DNA of 64,000 bases, from NCBI GenBank assembly GCA_039024555.1, contig JBCCQQ010000021.1, positions 1 to 64,000 of the forward strand, read 5' to 3'. This DNA comes from Cyanobacteria bacterium P01_D01_bin.156. Lineage in GTDB: Bacteria; Cyanobacteriota; Cyanobacteriia; Phormidesmidales; Phormidesmidaceae. The position numbers were made by a program, and so were the translations under genes. The notes under the pieces are model-generated. The model ran no database searches. It saw only the letters and a program-made list of their open reading frames with translations, and was not told the DNA's origin. Of the stretch, positions 10,111 to 19,561 are shown piece by piece (the stretch's first letter is position 1; each line of letters opens with the position of its first letter).

Positions 10111-10126
10111 TAGGATAAATGTCCTA
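10111..10126. promoter_or_regulatory. putative NarL-type inverted-repeat binding site
   Basis: TAGGAT-AAAT-GTCCTA about 115 bp upstream of the 10241 ORF. Confidence 0.4.
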
Positions 10127-10240
10127 TTCGATTTAGGAAAATTGCTTCAGGTGGCGGGCAATGTAAATTGCCTAAGATGAACATGTTCGGGGCAAATGTT
10201 TAAAGGCTGTTGCACATCACACTCTACATTTTTTTAATAA

Positions 10241-10654
10241 ATGAGGCTAGTTAGCATGCGATTCGCCATTTCAAAATCCCTTTTGCTCTTGACGGCTACC
10301 ATGGGATTAACGGTCAGTTTTACTGATACGGTCAAAGCCAGTATTCTGCTACCTGACGCTTTATCATTTAGCAGTGGTTCTGAGTTAGCTCAATTTACTC
10401 GTTTTCCAAGTCAGTCTAGTTTTGATCGTGACAATCTCGATAACATCCGTGACAGGTTAGAAGACCGCGATGAGGATGATTTCGATGACTTCCGTGACAG
10501 CTTGGAAGACCGCGATGAGGGTGACTTTGATGACTTCCGTGACAGGTTAGAAGACCGCGACGAGGATGACTTTGATGATATTCGTGACAGGTTGGAAGAC
10601 CGCGACGAGGATGACTTTGATGATATTCGTGACAGAGTCAGAGGTAGCCGGTAG
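10241..10654 (+). CDS. secreted protein with acidic 15-aa tandem repeats
   Basis: Signal-peptide-like N terminus (..TVKA|S), then about four copies of RDRLEDRDEDDFDD(I/F). Confidence 0.75.
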   Translation: MRLVSMRFAISKSLLLLTATMGLTVSFTDTVKASILLPDALSFSSGSELAQFTRFPSQSSFDRDNLDNIRDRLEDRDEDDFDDFRDSLEDRDEGDFDDFRDRLEDRDEDDFDDIRDRLEDRDEDDFDDIRDRVRGSR

Positions 10655-10704
10655 ATTAGCTCTACGAACTTCATGATTTCAGATAGAGTTGACTGACGAC
10701 GCCC

Positions 10705-10779
10705 GTATTAGGAGTTTGAACTTAGCAGGTCGCCATCAAGCTAAAAGCGGACTAGCTAATCTGCTCAAACTCCTAGTAC
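10705..10779. repeat. 75-bp element with 15-bp terminal inverted repeats
   Basis: GTATTAGGAGTTTGA ... TCAAACTCCTAGTAC (one mismatch). Confidence 0.55.
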
Positions 10780-10908
10780 TTAACATCCGAGATGTACTCT
10801 ATTAGCTATGGGCAGGCAAGAACCATGATAACCTCCTGAAAGTATCGCTGTTGCTGCGGTTGAGTTAAATTGAATACGACATATCTGAGATGGTCAAAGG
10901 TATAGGAA

Positions 10909-11601
10909 ATGAAAACTGTTGGTATTATTGGTGGAATCGCTCCTGAGTCTACGATTGAGTACTATCGAAAAATAGTTGAATCCTATTTAGAACGTCACGG
11001 GACTGGTCATTACCCTCAGATAGTCATCAACAGCATTGATATGAAAAAAATGCTGGACTTAATCGGTGATGGAAAACTTGAGGAAGTAACAGATTACCTA
11101 GGCGCTGAAGTCAAGAAGCTCGAAAAAGCGGGTGCGGACTTTGGTGTTTTGGCATCAAATACTCCCCATGTTGTTTTTGATAACGTGCGCCAACGCTCTC
11201 AGCTGCCGTTGATTAGTATTGTTGAAGTAACCTGTAACAAGATCGCAGAGATTGGCCTGCAGAAGGTAGCGTTGTTTGGCACAAAATTCACGATGCAAGG
11301 CGGTTTCTATAGTGGAGTACTGTCAAAAAGCAGCATAGAGGTAGTTATTCCTGAAGAAGCTGACCAAGACTTTATTCATGCCAAATACATGCACGAATTG
11401 GTCAAAGGCATCATTTTGGATGAAACAAGATCAAACCTGCTCAACATCGTTAATAAAATGCAAGCTGACCATAACATTCAGGGTTTAATTCTTGGCGGAA
11501 CAGAGCTCCCACTGATTTTAAAGGCTGATGATGTTAACGATATCCACGTTTTTGACACCACAGAGATTCATGTGGCAAGCATATTAAATGCTCTTCTCTA
11601 A
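10909..11601 (+). CDS. aspartate/glutamate racemase family protein
   Basis: MKTVGIIGGIAPEST, ASNTPH, ILGGTELP; both catalytic Cys positions are substituted. Confidence 0.85.
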   Translation: MKTVGIIGGIAPESTIEYYRKIVESYLERHGTGHYPQIVINSIDMKKMLDLIGDGKLEEVTDYLGAEVKKLEKAGADFGVLASNTPHVVFDNVRQRSQLPLISIVEVTCNKIAEIGLQKVALFGTKFTMQGGFYSGVLSKSSIEVVIPEEADQDFIHAKYMHELVKGIILDETRSNLLNIVNKMQADHNIQGLILGGTELPLILKADDVNDIHVFDTTEIHVASILNALL

Positions 11602-11607
11602 GAATTG

Positions 11608-11696
11608 GGCGCTTCCAACCCCTGAAATAATTTCATCTAAAAAAACGATACATAACATCATTGCCAGAGCGAGCCATTTCTTAAATTGGAAACGCT
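11608..11696. mobile_element. 89-bp MITE-like element
   Basis: GGCGCTTCCAA ... TTGGAAACGCT imperfect TIR; size and ends resemble the 91-bp family. Confidence 0.4.
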
Positions 11697-11830
11697 TTCT
11701 GGTTTCACCATGAACTAGATTGCTAGCCAATACAGGGTCTCAAGAATGCTTAAATATCTGACATGAATTGTATAGCCGCTGAAATATCGAGATAGAATTC
11801 CGTGGCAAACCTTATTTGGAGATCGGGTCG

Positions 11831-13117
11831 ATGAGCGCAAACCATGGTCTTGGCACCCAATGTCTACACGCAGGTCAGGAGCCTGACCCCACTACGCTGG
11901 CGCGAGCAGTCCCTGTTTATCGGACAAGTTCCTACGTTTTTAACGATACGGAGCATGCTGCCAATCTGTTTGGCCTAAAGGAACTGGGCAACATCTATAC
12001 CCGGTTGATGAACCCCACCCACGACGTTTTAGAAAAGCGTGTAGCCGCATTGGAAGGTGGTGTAGCTGCGCTTGCTTTGGCCTCGGGCACCAGCGCAATT
12101 TTTTACAGCATTATTAATATTTGCCAGGCAGGCGATGAGATTGTTTCGGCAAATACCTTGTACGGCGGTAGCTACACAATGTTTAAGGACATTTTGCCAA
12201 CGCTGGGCATCAAGGTGAACTTTGTTGATCCCCGTAATCCTGAGAACTTCCGCTCGGCCATTAATGATAAGTGCAAACTGGTGTTCTGTGAGACCGTTAG
12301 CAATCCGGGGCTGGAAGTATCAGATTTGGAGGCGATTGGTGCGATCGCACATGACAATGGTCTGCCCTTAATTGTTGATAGCACCTTCACCACCCCCTAC
12401 CTGATCCGCCCCTTTGAGCATGGTGCAGACATTGTTATCCACTCCTTAACCAAATGGTTAGGCGGTCATGGCACCGGCATTGGTGGCATCATGGTGGACT
12501 CCGGCAAATTTGACTGGGCCTCTGGCAAGTTTCCAGCCATGAGCGAGCCAGATTCCAGCTATCATGGGCTGCGCTTTGCCCACGATTTGGGACCACTGGC
12601 CCCCCTTGCCTATACCCTACGCATGCGCCTAGTGCCCCTACGCAACCTGGGGGCCTGCATTTCTCCAGATAATGCTTGGATGTTCTTGCAAGGCATTGAA
12701 ACATTGCACCTGCGGATGCAACGCCACTGTGAGAATGCCATGGCCGTAGCTGAATTTTTGACCCAGCATCCCAAGGTGGAATGGGTGCGCTATCCCGGTC
12801 TTGAAAATGACAAAGCCCATGATGTGGCCAAGCGCTACTTGAAAAACGGCTTTGGTGCCATGGTGGTATTTGGCATTACAGGCGGTGCTGATGCAGGTAA
12901 AACATTTATTGAAAAACTAGGCTTATTCTCTCACCTAGCCAATGTAGGAGATGCCAAGAGTCTGGCCATCCATCCGGCAAGCACCACCCACTCACAGCTC
13001 TCTGATGCAGACCTAGCCAGTTCTGGCATCTCTCCAGAACTGATTCGTCTAGCCATTGGCATTGAAGACATTGATGACATTATCGATGACTTAAAACAGG
13101 CGCTAGAGAAAGTTTAG
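11831..13117 (+). CDS. metY: O-acetylhomoserine aminocarboxypropyltransferase (sulfhydrylase)
   Basis: GNIYTRLMNPT, HSLTKWLGGHG PLP lysine, HLANVGDAKSLAIHPASTTH. Confidence 0.93.
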   Translation: MSANHGLGTQCLHAGQEPDPTTLARAVPVYRTSSYVFNDTEHAANLFGLKELGNIYTRLMNPTHDVLEKRVAALEGGVAALALASGTSAIFYSIINICQAGDEIVSANTLYGGSYTMFKDILPTLGIKVNFVDPRNPENFRSAINDKCKLVFCETVSNPGLEVSDLEAIGAIAHDNGLPLIVDSTFTTPYLIRPFEHGADIVIHSLTKWLGGHGTGIGGIMVDSGKFDWASGKFPAMSEPDSSYHGLRFAHDLGPLAPLAYTLRMRLVPLRNLGACISPDNAWMFLQGIETLHLRMQRHCENAMAVAEFLTQHPKVEWVRYPGLENDKAHDVAKRYLKNGFGAMVVFGITGGADAGKTFIEKLGLFSHLANVGDAKSLAIHPASTTHSQLSDADLASSGISPELIRLAIGIEDIDDIIDDLKQALEKV

Positions 13118-13129
13118 GAGATTTTTCTT

Positions 13130-13182
13130 GCTAAATAGCTCAGTACGTCTTTTATAAGAATGCCTGAGCTATTTAGCTTTTT
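13130..13182 (+). terminator. hairpin followed by a T-tract downstream of metY
   Basis: GCTAAATAGCTCAG ... CTGAGCTATTTAGC then TTTTT. Confidence 0.65.
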
Positions 13183-13229
13183 GCCCCTAAATCCCCAATC
13201 CTGGGGACTTAGATTCTCCCCAGGATTAG

Positions 13230-13352
13230 TTTTGGTGTATGCCAGAATCAGAGAGAATGGCTTAAACCCTTAAATGCCAACGAATTCGGCTTGTATATCC
13301 ACCAGTTTCACCAAGCGATACCAACAACCTTTCAGATTGTTTACATACAGGA
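13230..13352. mobile_element. uninterrupted ~123-bp copy of the element at 1291-1510
   Basis: Shared TCAGAGAGAATGGCT near the left end and CTTTCAG.TTGT.TA near the right end; preceded by a CCCCTAAATCCCCAA-type short repeat. Confidence 0.55.
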
Positions 13353-13444
13353 GTCATTGAAGGGAAGCTCGATAACTGATCTTTGATCAAGACCGCCTGC
13401 TCAATCTATCCTTCTTGCTCTCCCAAAGCCAACAATATCTCCCT

Positions 13445-14584
13445 ATGACCATTGGTCCTGTTAAAACTCAGTTCTTCCATATTAACCAACCATTCCAACT
13501 CGATTCAGGTGAATTATTAGACGACGTTACGCTGGCCTACGAGACCTATGGCACGTTAAATGCTGAGGCCAGTAATGCCATTTTGGTCTTTCATGCACTG
13601 ACCGGCAGTCAACATGCTGCGGGTATCAATCAGACAATTCCTGGGGTGGGAGCCCTGTGGACCGATGAGTGTGTAACGGGATGGTGGGATGACTTTATTG
13701 GACCGGGTAAAGCGCTGAATACCCATCTCTATTTTGTTATTTGTGTAAACTATCTAGGCAGCTGCTACGGTTCTACCGGACCACGCTCCACTAATCCGCA
13801 AACTGATAAACCCTATGGCAGCAGCTTTCCAACAATTAGTGCGGAAGATATTGTCCGTAGTCAGCTGTGCTTGTTGGAGCACTTAGAAATTCACTGCCTG
13901 TATGCAGCAGTTGGTGGCTCCCTGGGAGGAATGTTGTCCATATTATTAGCAACACGATTTCCAGAGCGGGTGAAAACTGTTATTCCGGTTGCTTCAGGAT
14001 TTCAAACAACGGTGCTGCAACGGGTGCTGAACTTTGAGCAAATTGTTGCCATTCGCAATGATCCTAATTTTAATAGTGGAGATTATTACGAAGGCCCCCT
14101 GCCAAAATCAGGCATCATTCTGGCTAGAATGATCTCTCACAAGACCTTTGTTTCCCTCGATGTATTAGAAAAACGAGCCAAGCAAGAAGTCATTCATCAA
14201 GATATTGCAGGCAAATGGTATGAGCTCTCAACCCCTATTGAGTCTTATATGTTTCACCAGGGTAAAAAGTTTGCCGAGCGATTTGATGCCAACAGCTATC
14301 TACGGATTATGGATGTCTGGCAAAACTACAGTTTAGAGGCGATAACACCCGAGATTTTCCGTAACTGTAGCCATCAAAAATATTTGATCTTTAGCGTTGA
14401 TTCAGATGTTTGTTTTTATCCAGAAGAACAGTTTGCAATCGTCAAAGCATTAGAAGGGGCAGGCATACCTGTAAAGTACATTACGGTTCACTCTAACAAG
14501 GGGCATGACTCGTTTTTGTTGGAACCAGAACTATACTCTCCCTATATTCACTTTATCCTGAAAGACGGACAAGCTGAACAATAA
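13445..14584 (+). CDS. metX: homoserine O-acetyltransferase
   Basis: HALTG, GWWDDFIGPGK, GGSLGG nucleophile motif, RFDANSY, GHDSFLLE. Confidence 0.93.
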   Translation: MTIGPVKTQFFHINQPFQLDSGELLDDVTLAYETYGTLNAEASNAILVFHALTGSQHAAGINQTIPGVGALWTDECVTGWWDDFIGPGKALNTHLYFVICVNYLGSCYGSTGPRSTNPQTDKPYGSSFPTISAEDIVRSQLCLLEHLEIHCLYAAVGGSLGGMLSILLATRFPERVKTVIPVASGFQTTVLQRVLNFEQIVAIRNDPNFNSGDYYEGPLPKSGIILARMISHKTFVSLDVLEKRAKQEVIHQDIAGKWYELSTPIESYMFHQGKKFAERFDANSYLRIMDVWQNYSLEAITPEIFRNCSHQKYLIFSVDSDVCFYPEEQFAIVKALEGAGIPVKYITVHSNKGHDSFLLEPELYSPYIHFILKDGQAEQ

Positions 14585-14753
14585 CTCAATAACAGACCCA
14601 GAAATCTAAAACATTGGGTCCACTTCCAAAACTGTTAAATCGATTAACTATTGAATTGATTAATTTAATTATGTGACGTTGGTTGCCTAGCTAAAAGAGG
14701 GAACTTTAGAGCAGTGGCACTGATTCTAGTCTCGGATTTATAGGGAAGACATT

Positions 14754-15920
14754 ATGCTAAGGTTTGCCGTTGGCCATAGTAACGATCCTGATTCTCAATG
14801 CGCTATTTTAGAGGTATTAGAACAAGTACACAGGGCTTTAGACGGCGCATCTCCAAAGGCGGGCATCGTATTTGCTGCGATTGACTTTGACCACACCCTT
14901 ATCCTAAGTCGAATTGTTGAAGCGTTTCCAGAAATCGACTTAATCGGTGGTACAACCGATGGAGAAATGTCTTCAATGCTTGGATTTGAACAAGATTCGC
15001 TGACACTGATGGTGTTCTGCTCAGATAAGATTACAATCACAGCCGGCATGGGAAGAGGTGTGTCCAAAGATCCCCTGGCGGCTACCCACGCTGCTGTGCA
15101 ACAGGCCAGTGTTCACCATAAGGAGACAATCCAGTTTTGCATTAGCTTGCCCGAAAGCTTAACTATCAGTGGTTTAGTAATTATCGAGAGCCTGAAGCAG
15201 GTTTTAGGGGAGCATGTGCCCATTTTTGGTGGGCTCACCGCTGATCAATGGAGATCGCAACAGACCTATCAGTTTTTGGGAACTGAAGTGTGTAGCGACG
15301 CTGTACCAGTTTTACTGTTTTCTGGCCCGATTCTATTCTCCCATGGTGTTGCCAGCGGTTGGCAACCGATTGGCCAATTAGCCAGAGTGACCAAGGCTGA
15401 CAAAACTGTAGTTTATGAAATTGACGGGCAGCCTGCTCTGGACTTTTATTCCCGTTATTTGGGAGGGTTGCCCCCTTCCTCAGAATATCCCCTGGCTGTA
15501 TTTGATGGCGATAGCGATCGCTATTACATGCGTGCTCCATCCGGCATTTACGATCCCACTGTTGGTAGTGTCACATTTTTTAGTCATGTGCCAGAGCAGT
15601 CGATGGTGCAAATGACAGAAACGACCCGTGACGGTATTTTGTCCGCATCGCACCTCTCCACCTCGCAAGCCCTGGAAGACTATCCAGGTAAAACCCCTGC
15701 AGCTGTCCTATTCTTCTCTTGTGCCAGCCGACGACAAATGTTAGGGCCGCGTACCCGACAAGAGTATGAGCAAGCCCATAGCTATTTGACCCAAGCCTTA
15801 TCACAATCCATTCCCATCTGTGGTTTTTATACTAACGGGGAAATTGCGCCCCTGCAGGGCAAAGGAGTAACCCATTTACATAACGAAACTTTCATTACAT
15901 TAATGATGGGAGACGCGTAG
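14754..15920 (+). CDS. FIST N/C domain signal transduction protein (NosP-like)
   Basis: IGGTTDGE, PIFGG, SGWQPIG, FFSCASRR, GFYTNGEI, HNET. Confidence 0.85.
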   Translation: MLRFAVGHSNDPDSQCAILEVLEQVHRALDGASPKAGIVFAAIDFDHTLILSRIVEAFPEIDLIGGTTDGEMSSMLGFEQDSLTLMVFCSDKITITAGMGRGVSKDPLAATHAAVQQASVHHKETIQFCISLPESLTISGLVIIESLKQVLGEHVPIFGGLTADQWRSQQTYQFLGTEVCSDAVPVLLFSGPILFSHGVASGWQPIGQLARVTKADKTVVYEIDGQPALDFYSRYLGGLPPSSEYPLAVFDGDSDRYYMRAPSGIYDPTVGSVTFFSHVPEQSMVQMTETTRDGILSASHLSTSQALEDYPGKTPAAVLFFSCASRRQMLGPRTRQEYEQAHSYLTQALSQSIPICGFYTNGEIAPLQGKGVTHLHNETFITLMMGDA

Positions 15921-16991
15921 ATGCTATCGAATTCAACGGATCTACAGCAGAGATATCAGCAGTTGGAAAGGGAAAACCGGATTCTCCAAAAAAAGCTGGA
16001 ACGTTCGGATGCGACTTGTCTGCAATTGGATGATACCACTCAAAAAAAAGAGTTTTTGCTGCGACAAGTGATCAATGAACTCAAAGAATCACGGTCTAAC
16101 CTGGAAAGACAAAGCCATGAGCTAAAGCAGGCCCTAACAGAGCTCAAACAGACTCAGACACAGCTAGTGCAGGCTGAGAAGATGTCAAGTTTAGGACACC
16201 TTGTTGCAGGTGTTGCCCACGAAATTAACAATCCAGTTAACTTCATCCATGGCAATCTCGCGCACATTGAAAAATATGCTCAGGAACTCATTAGCTTTTT
16301 GCAGCTTTATGAAACCCATTATCCTGAACCGGTTGCTGAAATCCAAGCAGAAGCAGAAAACATCGAACTCGCTTTTCTGCAATCGGATCTGTCTAAGATG
16401 CTGGGTTCCATGAAAATGGGCACAAATCGTATCCGGCAGATTGTGTTGTCACTTCGAAATTTCTCACGGACGGACGAGGCAGAATTTAAGGCTGTTGATA
16501 TTCATGAAGGTATCGATAGTACGCTATTGATTTTGCAACATCGACTCAAAGGACAACACAAATCTCCGGCGATCCAGGTCATTCGTGACTATGGAGAGCT
16601 ACCCCTTATACAATGCTATCCTAGCCAAATCAATCAAGCATTTATGAACATACTGGCAAATGCGATTGATGCGTTAGAGGAAAACCGTATTAACCAAGGT
16701 TTTCAGGAAAGCCAGAAAACCTCAAGTGAGATTACGATTCATACGTCTTTAATTGATGCGGACTGGGCAAAAATCGTGATTGCTGACAATGGTACAGGGA
16801 TGAGTGAATCTGTACGCCAACATATTTTTGACCCTTTCTTCACAACCAAAGACGTGGGTAAGGGAACAGGCATGGGCATGCCCATCAGTTATCAAATTAT
16901 TACCCAAAAACATGGTGGTCGGTTAGATTGTTTTTCTATTCTGGGCGAGAAAACAGAATTTGCCATTCAAATTCCTGTCCGACAACGCTAA
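15921..16991 (+). CDS. cytoplasmic histidine kinase (coiled coil + HisKA + HATPase)
   Basis: [47 protein letters not shown] abuts the FIST stop. Confidence 0.92.
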   Translation: MLSNSTDLQQRYQQLERENRILQKKLERSDATCLQLDDTTQKKEFLLRQVINELKESRSNLERQSHELKQALTELKQTQTQLVQAEKMSSLGHLVAGVAHEINNPVNFIHGNLAHIEKYAQELISFLQLYETHYPEPVAEIQAEAENIELAFLQSDLSKMLGSMKMGTNRIRQIVLSLRNFSRTDEAEFKAVDIHEGIDSTLLILQHRLKGQHKSPAIQVIRDYGELPLIQCYPSQINQAFMNILANAIDALEENRINQGFQESQKTSSEITIHTSLIDADWAKIVIADNGTGMSESVRQHIFDPFFTTKDVGKGTGMGMPISYQIITQKHGGRLDCFSILGEKTEFAIQIPVRQR

Positions 16992-17105
16992 ATCTGTAAG
17001 ACTACCTAACAAGACTCAGTGTAGTGATCTCTCATGTACTGTTGACACTCTAAGCGTTGCATCAGAAAGTTAAGCGGAGGGTACTCATGCTGATTTAGCT
17101 GTGCT

Positions 17106-18116
17106 CTAACCGCCGATAATAGTTTGCAAAATTGCCTGTAGCTCTTGGGTGGACATTCGTGCACCATAGGCGGTCACAAGTTTAGCCGAGGCCATGGAAC
17201 CTAAATCCCCGGCTTGAGCCCAGCTTAAACCATGGGTAATGCCGTACAACACTCCTCCTGCATACATATCTCCAGCACCAACGGTATCGATAGCGTCCAC
17301 TGGGTGGGGGGCAATGTCCAATACCTGTTCTCCATCAAAAATGACAGAGCCTTGGGGACCACGGGTAATGGCAAAAGTTTTAGCCAGTTTCTTAAGGTAT
17401 TCAATGGCTGTGGCCAGATCGTCAGTATCTGCCATCAGTAAAGCTTCTGACTCATTGGCAAATAACAGATCCACCCCATCCCCAATCATCTCTAACAGGC
17501 CAGGTTTGAAGAACTTAACCATATTGTAGTCCGACAAAGACATGGCCACTTTACGACCTGCCGCCTTGGCTAACTCATGAGCCTTGATCGCAGCTTGTTT
17601 ACTGTTATCACCCGTGACCAGAAATCCTTCAAAGTAGGTGTATTCAGAATCTGCGATCGCACCCTCATCCAAATCCGCCTCCGACAGCTCCGCCGAAATC
17701 CCCAAAAATGTCCCCATGGTGCGATCCGCATCGGGAGTGACCAGCACTAGACATTTACCCGTAATGCCTGTCCCCGCAGTCTGAGCTGTCAGATTAGTAT
17801 CCACTCCGCAGTCCACCAGGTCCTGGGTGTAAAACTTGCCATATTCATCATCCGCCACTTTGCAACCGTAGTAGGTTTTACCGCCAAACTGACTGATGGC
17901 AATGATGGTATTGGCCGCTGACCCACCACAGACCTGCTTGGTGTCAGTGCCTTTTAGCTGTGCGATCGCAGTATTCTGTATTGCTTCGTCTAGCAGGGTC
18001 ATAACCCCCTTATCCATACCGATCGCCGTTAATGCCTCTACTGATAGGGCACACTCAATATCCACCAGTGCATTGCCGAGGCCGTAAACGTTGTACTTAG
18101 GTGGATTGCTAGACAT
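17106..18116 (-). CDS. PfkB-family carbohydrate/adenosine kinase
   Basis: GLGNALVD, GGSAANT, ANESEA, DTVGAGD. Confidence 0.92.
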   Translation of the reverse strand: MSSNPPKYNVYGLGNALVDIECALSVEALTAIGMDKGVMTLLDEAIQNTAIAQLKGTDTKQVCGGSAANTIIAISQFGGKTYYGCKVADDEYGKFYTQDLVDCGVDTNLTAQTAGTGITGKCLVLVTPDADRTMGTFLGISAELSEADLDEGAIADSEYTYFEGFLVTGDNSKQAAIKAHELAKAAGRKVAMSLSDYNMVKFFKPGLLEMIGDGVDLLFANESEALLMADTDDLATAIEYLKKLAKTFAITRGPQGSVIFDGEQVLDIAPHPVDAIDTVGAGDMYAGGVLYGITHGLSWAQAGDLGSMASAKLVTAYGARMSTQELQAILQTIIGG

Positions 18117-18145
18117 GGTGGTTATAGGGATGGGGTAAATTTCCT

Positions 18146-18236
18146 GGCATTGCTGATCCTCGCTATGACTTTATCTGTCATGGCTAGGCTATTAGCAAAC
18201 CGTACAGATCGTTTCGCCCTCTAAATCAGCAATGGC
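18146..18236 (-). mobile_element. 91-bp MITE (GGCGTTGCTGA family)
   Basis: GGCATTGCTGA...TCAGCAATGGC; flanks AATTTCCT / AATTTGCT form an 8-bp target-duplication-like pair. Confidence 0.75.
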
Positions 18237-18396
18237 AATTTGCTCGCCCATTATCACCCTCAATCCCGTAGCTGGCAAGGGTTAAGATTCCTTCTAGCTG
18301 TATGAACACTTTCTGAGTTTGGGCTAGGATTAAATGGAAAGTGCTCAATTTATGCTGTGTGCTATTGACATAGCATTGGTTTTGATAACATCTGCA

Positions 18397-19050
18397 ATGG
18401 TTACCACTGCTCCAGAACCAAAAGCTGAAATCTCTTCTCCTGTAATCGGCGAAAAGAGAGTGATTCTGTGGGATGTTACCTGGAACGCCTATTTGCAGAT
18501 TTTGGATGCATTACCCCCTCAGCGTGGCTCCAGACTTACCTACGATAATGGTCTACTTGAAATCACTATGCCGCTAGAGGATCATGAGTTTTCAGGGCGG
18601 TTAATTGAACGCTTTATTTTAACCTTAGTAGAGCTATGGGGATTGCGGATTAAAACCATGGGGTCAACAACTATGAATTATCCCCATCTGAAAAAAGGCG
18701 CTGAACCTGATAATGCATACTACATTCAGAATCAACCTATCGTGAAGGGTAGGAATGTAGATTTCTCAGTGGATCCTCCCCCTGATTTAGTGGTGGAAGT
18801 GGATATTACTCATACGGATATTCGCAAAAATGAGTTTTATGCCAGTCTAGGTGTGCCTGAATTCTGGCGATTTAATGGACGTATTTGGCGAATTTACCAC
18901 TTGCAGACTGGAGTGTATGTAGAGGTTGACCGTAGTCCCACATTTCCCCAGGTGCCAAAGGAAAAACTATACGATTTTCTAAAACTGGCTAAGGAAGATG
19001 AAATGGAAGCAGTGCAAACATTAAAGGCATGGGGGAACACTCAAATCTAA
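18397..19050 (+). CDS. Uma2 (DUF820) family endonuclease-fold protein
   Basis: RLTYDNGLLEITMP, GAEPD, PPPDLVVEVD, GVPEFWR. Confidence 0.9.
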   Translation: MVTTAPEPKAEISSPVIGEKRVILWDVTWNAYLQILDALPPQRGSRLTYDNGLLEITMPLEDHEFSGRLIERFILTLVELWGLRIKTMGSTTMNYPHLKKGAEPDNAYYIQNQPIVKGRNVDFSVDPPPDLVVEVDITHTDIRKNEFYASLGVPEFWRFNGRIWRIYHLQTGVYVEVDRSPTFPQVPKEKLYDFLKLAKEDEMEAVQTLKAWGNTQI

Positions 19051-19195
19051 GTTCTTCTGATTGTTTAAGATTGTTGCTGCTGGAGATAAATCCATAGGAT
19101 AATCTTATCGAGATAGTTTTAATAGGCTTTAAAGGGGTTGCAGGTCTTGAAAACTCTGCCTATGTTAGAGACGTAGATGATCGTTACTCAAGCCC

Positions 19196-19507
19196 ATGGC
19201 TCCTGATTATCAATCCAGAGAAGAAGAACTACGCAATCGTGAAGCTGGCCTAAGGGAACGCGAAATCCAGGTGCGTATGCAGGAATTGGAATCAGAAATT
19301 GAAGCAACTACACCAAACAAACCGACGAAGCAATCGCAAAGCCCCCTTAGTTTGCTAACCCGTTTGCCTAAATGGGTGCAGCTAATCCTTCTCTTTATTG
19401 GAATAATTTTGGCGATACGGGTAGTCAGTATATTGGCTGGAATTTTTATACTATTTGTTATTGGTTGGGTAGGCTACAAGCTTTTTCTAGAAGGGGATTC
19501 CAAATAG
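19196..19507 (+). CDS. small membrane protein (N-terminal coiled coil, two TM helices)
   Basis: REEELRNRE coiled coil, hydrophobic C terminus. Confidence 0.7.
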   Translation: MAPDYQSREEELRNREAGLREREIQVRMQELESEIEATTPNKPTKQSQSPLSLLTRLPKWVQLILLFIGIILAIRVVSILAGIFILFVIGWVGYKLFLEGDSK

Positions 19508-19561
19508 AAAAAGCGACCGCAGGCTGATGATCAGTACGCTCCCCATTAACCCGTACCACCC

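Noticed and set aside
10411..10674. Ser-rich antisense ORF
   Set aside because: Shadow of the Asp-rich repeat gene; the same applies to antisense ORFs over RTX and pentapeptide repeats (25812, 26208, 33665, 42217)
11602..11830. SAM riboswitch upstream of metY
   Set aside because: No SAM-I or SAM-II consensus recognised; much of the gap is an inverted-repeat element
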